Source: an uncultured Candidatus Poseidoniales archaeon
Lineage (GTDB): Archaea; Thermoplasmatota; Poseidoniia; Poseidoniales; Thalassarchaeaceae
Direction: 5' to 3'
Length of the DNA: 23,775 bases
Assembly (NCBI GenBank): GCA_964645485.1
Contig: CAZXZO010000018.1
Span: forward strand, 17,723-41,497
A program made the translations under genes and the position numbers. This document shows, one piece after another, positions 1-6,929 of the stretch (positions within the stretch are counted from its first letter, which is position 1; each line of letters begins with the position of its first letter). The notes under the pieces were generated by a model. That model was not told where the DNA came from. It did no database searches and saw nothing but the letters and a program-made list of their open reading frames with translations.

Positions 1-41
1 ACCGTTGATTTGAAATCAAATTGTTACTGCGTTCAACCTAA

Positions 42-125
42 GCAGGGGTTGCCAAGCTTGGTCAACGGCGCTAGGATGAGGTCCTAGTCCTCAGTGGTTC
101 GCAGGTTCAAATCCTGCCCTCTGCA
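42..125 (+). tRNA. tRNA-Leu (anticodon GAG), intron-less, CCA not encoded
   Basis: Acceptor GCAGGGG(42-48)/CCTCTGC(118-124) plus discriminator A125; D-arm GCCAAGCTTGGTCAACGGC; anticodon stem CTAGG/CCTAG with loop ATGAGGT; long variable arm; T-arm GCAGG-TTCAAAT-CCTGC; followed by TCA rather than CCA. Confidence 0.95.
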
Positions 126-287
126 TCAAATATCACCATGCCACAACAGATTTAATCAAGGTAGGATTTGAACTCCGCGTTAAATGAGGCTGTTTATTCG
201 GAATCCATTTGACGCTGGAGTTTGATGCTGGACTGACCAACGGGAAGGAAGCATCAGACCGTTTGAAATCCTGCCCTCTGCATCAAA
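109..287 (+). repeat. 22-bp perfect direct repeat AAATCCTGCCCTCTGCATCAAA (109-130 and 266-287) duplicating the tRNA 3' end; attL/attR-like
   Basis: Both copies read directly from the sequence; identity begins in the T-loop and runs through the acceptor strand; GCCACAACA also recurs shortly after each copy (140-148, 293-301). Confidence 0.85.
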
Positions 288-372
288 ACAAAGCCACAAC
301 ACCACCCCAAATAGATATCAACTGTTCATAGAGAACGGTGTTGAATTGAAATATCACCCCACCTCGCGGTAA

Positions 373-801
373 GTGGTGAACAACCTGACTGATGGCTTGG
401 ATGTACGACTCGCCCACGGTCGACATGTGTATCTTGACTATGTCAATTTTAATCCAAATGTTGAGGAAGTTGATACTTGGGTATTATCACTACTACGCTC
501 AAGTGTGAAAGAGTGTGGGGTCAAAGAAGTACACTCTCATTGTGAGGTTTTTGATGGGGTTGAAAGTCCCCCTGGATTTGCCGCGATTGTCCTAATCGAC
601 GAGAGCCACATCACCGCTCACTGTTATTATGAAAAAGGGTGGTTGGCAGTTGATGCTTTCACTTGTGGAACACATGACCCTAATGATTTGGCTGATGTTA
701 TCCATGCCAAACTAATTGCAAAGTGTGTGAACTTGAAATTAATGAATCGTAACGTAGTTGAGCGATTTCTTCACGATGATTTATCACAAAATAAGGAGTG
801 A
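373..801 (+). CDS. speD: Pyruvoyl-dependent decarboxylase proenzyme, class 1B S-adenosylmethionine decarboxylase family (substrate uncertain)
   Basis: GRHVYLD N-terminus, self-cleavage motif IDE/SHITAH, and AVDAFTCG with the conserved Cys; 142 aa is typical of the family. Confidence 0.85.
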   Translation: MVNNLTDGLDVRLAHGRHVYLDYVNFNPNVEEVDTWVLSLLRSSVKECGVKEVHSHCEVFDGVESPPGFAAIVLIDESHITAHCYYEKGWLAVDAFTCGTHDPNDLADVIHAKLIAKCVNLKLMNRNVVERFLHDDLSQNKE

Positions 802-805
802 TTTT

Positions 806-1768
806 GTGTCTGGTGTACGTCAATTTATTGACCATAATTATCATCATTTCAATGCCGGGGCGTTAGCCGATTGTACCCGATCACTTGAGGAATTTCTGGA
901 CAAGGGTGGAAAATTAATTGTGACTTTAGCAGGTGCCATGTCAACTGCTGAAATCGGGCGCTCTTTGGCACCTGCAATCCGTGCTGGTTTAGTCCACGCT
1001 ATCTCATGTACAGGCGCAAATTTAGAAGAAGATTTGTTTAATTTAGTGGCTCATAATTCATACAAAAAGGTTGATTGGCGAAATCTAAGCGCTGAGGATG
1101 AATTGCAATTACAAAAGCAAGGTTTGAATCGAGTTACTGACACTTGTATCCCAGAGGCAGAGGCTATTCGTGTTGTAGAAAGTGCTCTTTTACAACAGTG
1201 GTTAACTGCAGAAAAAAATCAGGATACGAATCCACCCCACCAATATTTATTTGACATTCTCAATTCTGAAAATTTTGAATTTCAAGCCGACCCGAACACA
1301 AGTTGGCTGATAGCTGCTGTAGAAATGCAAATTCCGATTTTCACACCTGCTTGGGCGGATAGCACATTGGGGAATATTTTCTCTGCTCGACTAATTGATG
1401 GAACCCTCTCCAGCGACAATATTATCACAACAGATTTGGCAAGGATGGGTGACATTTCTTCTTGGTATCAAGAACAAGAATCGAAAATAGGTATTTTGCA
1501 GGTTGGTGGTGGTGTTGCTGGAGATTTCCCCGTTTGTGTGGTACCAATGTTGCGCCAAGATCTTGGAGAAGATGTTAATTTATGGGGGTGGTTCGCCCAA
1601 ATTTCTGAATCAACGCCATCTTATGGTGGTTATTCTGGCGCACCACCCAATGAGAAAATTAGTTGGGAAAAATTAGGAGTTAAAACTCCAAAATTTGTAA
1701 TTGAATCTGATGCAACTATTGTGTTACCATTAATTTTAGCGTACCTTATGGAAGGTTTAGAAAAATAA
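806..1768 (+). CDS. Deoxyhypusine synthase-like protein, bacterial (Bacteroidota-like) subtype; possible homospermidine synthase
   Basis: Motifs HFNAGAL, TLAGAMSTAE, SCTGANLEEDLFNLVAH, NRVTDTCIPE, QVGGGVAGDFPVCVVPML and GAPPNEKISWEKL (catalytic Lys position kept). Start moved from TTG 758 to GTG 806 because SD AAGGAG at 793-798 overlaps the speD stop. Confidence 0.9.
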   Translation: MSGVRQFIDHNYHHFNAGALADCTRSLEEFLDKGGKLIVTLAGAMSTAEIGRSLAPAIRAGLVHAISCTGANLEEDLFNLVAHNSYKKVDWRNLSAEDELQLQKQGLNRVTDTCIPEAEAIRVVESALLQQWLTAEKNQDTNPPHQYLFDILNSENFEFQADPNTSWLIAAVEMQIPIFTPAWADSTLGNIFSARLIDGTLSSDNIITTDLARMGDISSWYQEQESKIGILQVGGGVAGDFPVCVVPMLRQDLGEDVNLWGWFAQISESTPSYGGYSGAPPNEKISWEKLGVKTPKFVIESDATIVLPLILAYLMEGLEK

Positions 1769-1863
1769 ACTCTCCTTTTATCTCACTTTGAATACGAGTT
1801 TCCGTTTGTTGGCGGGATGTTTCCGGATTCCGAACACTTATGGTCCCCATAGCAGCCGGGAAA

Positions 1864-2664
1864 ATGATGACAGATTGGGATAGACGCAAGCGGTCGGCCG
1901 TACTCGTTCGCGAAATATCTCCAAATTTCACCAAGGCTTTAGCAAAATTTTTTGGTTCCGGACCAACTGATATTGAAGCCTCAATTAAAACCCATGACAA
2001 TTATATTGGGGTTCTTGAAGAAAATGGTTTGGAAGTGATCATCCTTCCTGGATTAGAAAACCATCCAGACTGTTGTTTTGTTGAAGATGCTGCTGTCATA
2101 ATAGATGGGGCCGCGGTAATCTGTAATCTTGGACATCCAAGTCGGCGTGGTGAGGCAGTAAGTGTTGCTGAATCTCTTTCTCAACATTTGGAGATAATAT
2201 TTATGCCAGAAAATGCAAATTTGGATGGTGGGGATGTTGTCTTTTACGACGATTATTTTCTAATCGGGCGTTCCACTAGAACAAATGAAGATGGGGTCAA
2301 ATTTATTGAGAATGTTTGCCATGACAGAGGATTCAAAACTTTTGTTTTTGACATCCCAGAAACAACACTTCATCTTTCAACAATTTGTTCTTCACCGGCC
2401 CCAGGAATATTAGTTACTGCAGAGGGACACTTGCAGCCAGAGCAATTTGATGGTCTTGATGCAGAAATTATTTGGGTACCTAATGATGAATCATATGCAG
2501 CAAACACAATTGGCTTTGAAAATGGCTGTGTAATCATTTCAGATAGTTACCCAAAAACTGCCGAATTGATGTCCCAACATGGATTCAATGTTACATGTGT
2601 TAATATGGAACACATCCGTTGTGCTGATGGTTCGCTCACTTGTTTACGGCTATTTTTCAAGTGA
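1864..2664 (+). CDS. Dimethylarginine dimethylaminohydrolase-like enzyme (amidinotransferase/pentein superfamily)
   Basis: HPDCCFVEDAAV, RRGE, LDGGDV, LHLSTI and DGSLTC give the Asp/Glu-His-Cys catalytic set of DDAH; start probably ATG 1864 or 1867. Confidence 0.85.
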   Translation: MMTDWDRRKRSAVLVREISPNFTKALAKFFGSGPTDIEASIKTHDNYIGVLEENGLEVIILPGLENHPDCCFVEDAAVIIDGAAVICNLGHPSRRGEAVSVAESLSQHLEIIFMPENANLDGGDVVFYDDYFLIGRSTRTNEDGVKFIENVCHDRGFKTFVFDIPETTLHLSTICSSPAPGILVTAEGHLQPEQFDGLDAEIIWVPNDESYAANTIGFENGCVIISDSYPKTAELMSQHGFNVTCVNMEHIRCADGSLTCLRLFFK

Positions 2665-2705
2665 AATTGTCTGCTCCACCAATCGTTGGGTTCAACAGGG
2701 AATTG

Positions 2706-4445
2706 ATGTTCGCATTGCTAATGCGCGTCAAGGCGGTGCTACTCACCTTGCTTTTTACAACCTCAATGTTTGCTGGTTGTTTAGACTCAAATGATAATGA
2801 TTTACCCGGTGCTAGTGACTTGGATGTTGGTGTTCAAACCCTAGTCGGTGGGGTTTTTCAAAACGTAAAATTCTCGGCTAGTAATGATTTATCTGTGTAT
2901 ATTCCGTATTTGATTATGAACCCTGATAGTGGTTATGTTCAAAATTCCACAATTATCGATATCAAAAAAGGAAGTTCTGTTGAAGTTTCAATTTTGGCCC
3001 CGCCACGAGCTGAAATTGCACTATTTATGATCGGTGAACTAGGGAGAGAAGATTGGCCAACAAGAGACACAAACACCTCATGGAGTACATGGATTGGTGA
3101 TGGTGGTGCTAACTCACCCTCACATGGTGGTATTACTCGTGTTGTTGGAGATAATAGTACATTTGATTCAATCAATTATTCAACTGAAAATGGAGGAAAA
3201 GTGGCTTTTCAGACATTCGCAGTGATTAGACCTTCAGCACCAGGATTTGGACCTGATGCTGGTGGAGATTTTGCTACTGGAATAATGAACGGGAGAACTG
3301 TTTACGACCGTCTTTATGAAATCACAGACCCGACTCCCGATACAACCGATGTTGACCGAAGAATGGGTTACTGGGACCGTTGGGCGGGTCAAGGAAATCC
3401 TGCATACGAAGATGCTGCGAATTACTTAGTTGCTGAATTGGAATCTTTTGGATTAGAGGTTATGAAACATCGTTTCGAATTCACAGATATATTCAACAAA
3501 CAAAATCCAGAGTCACTGAATGTTTGTGGTTACCGTTGGGGTAAAGAAGTGCCAAACGAGTGGTTAGTATTTGGTGCTCATTTCGACGTTGCTCCGCCGG
3601 CAAATAGTGCGATTCCTCTACTTGACCCGCACATCACAGGCAGCAGAACTTACGGTACCCGGGTTGGTGCTTATGACAACACTGCAGGAACCAGTATGGT
3701 TTTAGAGACTGCGAAAATGATGTCAAATTTTGATTCTCGGCGTTCCATGGTTTTCTGCCTCTGGTCAGGTGAAGAAGGTGGCAAGCGAGGAAGTGATTAT
3801 TGGACTGATTTCTATGTCAAAGAGGATAACCCTGAGGTAACTGTAACCAATTACATCAATTTGGACATGGCTGGTGTAAACTGGCCCGGGGGTGGCGGTG
3901 CACCACATGGTGACCCTGAACCAACTCCTGATGAGGATGGTTATCCTAAAGATGAGGAGGTTTGGCCAATGCGAGTCTATCTTGGTCCGACGGATTCTTA
4001 TGAAAATCTGAGCCAAAAAGAACTAGTTGGCTTGCAAGAATGGATTGGTTCTGATGCTTTGGGTGTTGAACAACAGATTGGCACCCTCACTGGCGAAGGA
4101 TTTGAAGAATCCACTTGGAAATATAATTCTTGGATCGCTTCTGACAGGCCAGAGATAATCATCTACGAAGACACCACTGCACGTTCAGACCACGCTTCAT
4201 TCCAGGATAATCTCGGAACCGTTACTATTGGGTTTGGAGGTCTTGTTGACGGTTACTGGTGCTATCACCAAGTTTGTGATACACTTGAAGAAATGGAAGA
4301 TTGGATGGATACTACAGGCAAGGATTACGGAGAAGAAAATACTGGCGTAACAAACCTGGTAAACAGCCTTGATTTCATTACATGGTGGGCTGTATACTCA
4401 TTCTTCCATCTTGATGAAGCGCCGATTGAAAATACCTTACTTTGA
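2706..4445 (+). CDS. Secreted lipoprotein M28-family zinc (amino)peptidase
   Basis: Signal and lipobox RVKAVLLTLLFTTSMFAG-C; M28 motifs GAHFD, GAYDNTAG, SGEEGG, INLDM, RSDHASF, YHQVCDT; start ATG 2706 or 2721. Confidence 0.88.
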   Translation: MFALLMRVKAVLLTLLFTTSMFAGCLDSNDNDLPGASDLDVGVQTLVGGVFQNVKFSASNDLSVYIPYLIMNPDSGYVQNSTIIDIKKGSSVEVSILAPPRAEIALFMIGELGREDWPTRDTNTSWSTWIGDGGANSPSHGGITRVVGDNSTFDSINYSTENGGKVAFQTFAVIRPSAPGFGPDAGGDFATGIMNGRTVYDRLYEITDPTPDTTDVDRRMGYWDRWAGQGNPAYEDAANYLVAELESFGLEVMKHRFEFTDIFNKQNPESLNVCGYRWGKEVPNEWLVFGAHFDVAPPANSAIPLLDPHITGSRTYGTRVGAYDNTAGTSMVLETAKMMSNFDSRRSMVFCLWSGEEGGKRGSDYWTDFYVKEDNPEVTVTNYINLDMAGVNWPGGGGAPHGDPEPTPDEDGYPKDEEVWPMRVYLGPTDSYENLSQKELVGLQEWIGSDALGVEQQIGTLTGEGFEESTWKYNSWIASDRPEIIIYEDTTARSDHASFQDNLGTVTIGFGGLVDGYWCYHQVCDTLEEMEDWMDTTGKDYGEENTGVTNLVNSLDFITWWAVYSFFHLDEAPIENTLL

Positions 4446-4451
4446 CCTAAC

Positions 4452-5318
4452 TCAAAGTGTTGGTAAGCCTGCAAGGGTAGCAACAATTGTGAAGGCATAG
4501 CCATTGAAAACTGAGACTACTAAAGCCAACGTTATTGCCATAAAAAGCCAAAAGATGGGTTCTGACCACTTTTTCACTTTAGCACCATCTAATGGGCCAA
4601 ATGGCAACATATTGAAGGCGCCAAGAATCGCATTGCCCCACATCCAGAATACAATTAGTTCAACTAATACATGGTGCTGGAAAATTGATAGGAGGAGTCC
4701 TCCCCCAATCATTCCAAAGAAAAATAAGATGATATTTGTTATCGGCCCCGCTACAGAAATTATTCCATTCTCTTTGCGACCAACTCTTCCAGCCACCATC
4801 ACTGCACCAGGGGCCATGAACACAAAACCAATAGCGAGAGCTATGAGAATTCCAATCTTTAGGCCGCGAGGGTCTGCTCGAAACTCCGCCCAGCAACCAA
4901 AATGTCGTGCCACATATTTGTGGGCTAACTCATGAAGAATGAAGGCGGGACCAAGTGCAGCAAGAGCAAAAAACATGCTAGAAATCAAACTGATAACTAA
5001 TACGCCCATTGGCAACTCTAGCATACCGAAAAGGCCGCCATGGAAAACTATGGAAATTGCAAAACTAAAAGCAAAAGTTGCCATTACTAAATCTTTTAAT
5101 TCCCGCTCAGAAAAGTGAAAAAGGGAACCTTTGTGATTAACAACTCTTGGCCCACCAACATCAAAGAAACCTTTGAGGAATGGTTCAAACGGATTTGGTT
5201 GACCGGGTTGAATAACAACTCTAACATGTTGAGGGCCGCCTGTATTTGATGGCTGATTATCATCAATCTTTGCAAAAGGGTCGTCGTCAAGACGAGATGC
5301 CCGTGGGTCCCTAGCCAT
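4452..5318 (-). CDS. M50-family (site-2) intramembrane zinc metalloprotease
   Basis: HELAH zinc motif, AGPITN, FNMLPFGPLDG, several hydrophobic helices. Confidence 0.92.
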   Translation of the reverse strand: MARDPRASRLDDDPFAKIDDNQPSNTGGPQHVRVVIQPGQPNPFEPFLKGFFDVGGPRVVNHKGSLFHFSERELKDLVMATFAFSFAISIVFHGGLFGMLELPMGVLVISLISSMFFALAALGPAFILHELAHKYVARHFGCWAEFRADPRGLKIGILIALAIGFVFMAPGAVMVAGRVGRKENGIISVAGPITNIILFFFGMIGGGLLLSIFQHHVLVELIVFWMWGNAILGAFNMLPFGPLDGAKVKKWSEPIFWLFMAITLALVVSVFNGYAFTIVATLAGLPTL

Positions 5319-5417
5319 AGTGTGGCGAATTGTTCGGGCTCTTTGAGGGTTCGCAAGCCGGGAGAGTTGAAGGGGGGGGAGTGTGTGCTAGATTTGATGT
5401 CGGGTGTTAGGAGGGCA

Positions 5418-6083
5418 ATGCTTGAGATGGGGTTGGCCACTTGTTGTGTACTATGTGATGCACCAGATGATGCGGGTTCGAATCGCTGCCGAAGGTGTAT
5501 TGCAACTCACAAAGATGTTCGAGAGAGGGTTGGGGAATTACCACCACAATCACTTGCTAGCCAGTGGTCAAAAGAATTGTTTCAGATGCTTGCAAGGCCT
5601 AGTTCATACGAACATGATGAAACACATGGTGAATGGATGACTGCTTATGCCCAACTGTTACACGGACAATCTAAGCAACCTAGAGCAGTAACTCAAGAAG
5701 ATGTTGAGGCTGCTTTTGAAACAGCAAGACAGAAGAAGAAAATGAACACATTAAGAGAAATGGCTAACCAATCTAAATGGAAAGACACTGACCCAACTGA
5801 AAAAGAATTACATGATTTATCACAAGAATTACCAACAAATATTGTTGATGATTCAGGAACAAGAACTGTCCCTAGTAAAAAAATCACTCAAATAGACCGT
5901 TCAGAGCGCCCTGGTGAAGATTATGAATTAACCGCGAGAGTACAAGCCAGTGCTGCTAGTCAAGATGCGCCTGACGATTTGAAAGATTTGATGGTTGACT
6001 TGAAAGTTGGTGAAAAGCGTGCTGAAAGAAAACAATGGAAGGACATCGTAGATGATGTTGATGATTTGTTAGATGATGATTGA
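5418..6083 (+). CDS. Hypothetical protein with N-terminal Cys cluster (CCVLC-x11-CRRC) and charged helical remainder
   Basis: Long open frame with protein-like composition filling the gap; SD AGGAGG at 5409-5414 supports ATG 5418 over the track start 5322. Confidence 0.7.
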   Translation: MLEMGLATCCVLCDAPDDAGSNRCRRCIATHKDVRERVGELPPQSLASQWSKELFQMLARPSSYEHDETHGEWMTAYAQLLHGQSKQPRAVTQEDVEAAFETARQKKKMNTLREMANQSKWKDTDPTEKELHDLSQELPTNIVDDSGTRTVPSKKITQIDRSERPGEDYELTARVQASAASQDAPDDLKDLMVDLKVGEKRAERKQWKDIVDDVDDLLDDD

Positions 6084-6110
6084 GCCGCAAGTTGATTGTA
6101 CTTTATTCAA

Positions 6111-6929
6111 CTAAAGGTTTTCTTTTGCATATCTTACACCATTCTCAAACACTGCCATGCCTTCACCTTTCCAATCTTCACTAATATCTTCACGTGTCCA
6201 AGTTGCGCCAAGCCACTTTGAATGGTTGGCTTCTGGGTGTGGCATTAGTCCGAATACTAATCCTGATGGGTCACATACACCAGCAATATTACGCATGCTA
6301 GCATTTGGACACAGAGGGTAGGATAGAGGTTCATTTGAGGCGCTAGGATATTTGTCAGCCGGGTTAATATATCGTGCCACAACTTGTTGTTGTTGTTCGT
6401 ATTGGTCTAGTACTGACTGGTCTGGAACTACGAATTTTCCTTCACCGTGCCTTACAGGTGTTCGCATACGTGTCAAACCCTTTGTCCAAACACAGGGACT
6501 CTCTGAATTGAATTCGAGGGTAACCCACCTGTCTTCATAATGACCTGAGTCATTTAGAGTTAGAGATGCTGTTTGTTGCAATGATACATCGTCGTCACCA
6601 GGCAATAATCCCATTTTCACCAACACTTGGAAACCATTGCAAATCCCAATAACGGGTTTACCGTCCTTGACAAATTGTCGTACTTGTTCCCTTATCCCAA
6701 ACCGAAGTCTGTTTCCTAGTAAACGACCACTGCCGAGGTGATCACCAAAGGAAAAACCACCAGGTATCGCCATAATATGATAGTTTTCTAACGAATCTTC
6801 GCCGTTAACCAAACTGTTGATATGAATGCGATGAGCCTTTGCTCCTGCCATGTCAAACACTGCCATAGTTTCAACATCACAGTTGATTCCAAAACCAGTG
6901 AGGACTGCTACTTGCGGGATTTCAACCAT
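6111..6929 (-). CDS. purQ: Phosphoribosylformylglycinamidine synthase glutaminase subunit PurQ
   Basis: GFGINCD, PGGFSFGDHLGSG, GICNGFQ (catalytic Cys), HGEG, GLMPHPE; ATG directly follows the purL TGA, with GGAGGTG in the last purL codons. Confidence 0.97.
   Translation of the reverse strand: MVEIPQVAVLTGFGINCDVETMAVFDMAGAKAHRIHINSLVNGEDSLENYHIMAIPGGFSFGDHLGSGRLLGNRLRFGIREQVRQFVKDGKPVIGICNGFQVLVKMGLLPGDDDVSLQQTASLTLNDSGHYEDRWVTLEFNSESPCVWTKGLTRMRTPVRHGEGKFVVPDQSVLDQYEQQQQVVARYINPADKYPSASNEPLSYPLCPNASMRNIAGVCDPSGLVFGLMPHPEANHSKWLGATWTREDISEDWKGEGMAVFENGVRYAKENL

Noticed and set aside
221-258. Stem TTTGATGCT/AGCATCAGA with an internal CTGA, as a C/D-box sRNA
   Set aside because: No proper RUGAUGA C box and no terminal D box; kept only as an unexplained hairpin inside the scar.
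131-265. Second tRNA gene on the minus strand
   Set aside because: TTCAAAT is present but the flanks (CGGAG/CCTAC) do not form a T-stem, and no D or anticodon arm is found.
109-287. tRNA-end direct repeat read as a CRISPR mini-array
   Set aside because: Only two copies, a 135-bp spacer, identity to the tRNA 3' end, and no cas genes in the window.
1769-1863. Small hairpins in the DHS-DDAH gap as a riboswitch
   Set aside because: Stems are only about 5 bp with G-U pairs and match no recognisable aptamer.
1864-2664. Arginine dihydrolase (ArgZ/AgrE-type) assignment
   Set aside because: The motif is FVED (DDAH-type), not the Asn-containing FTAN-type motif I recall for dihydrolases.
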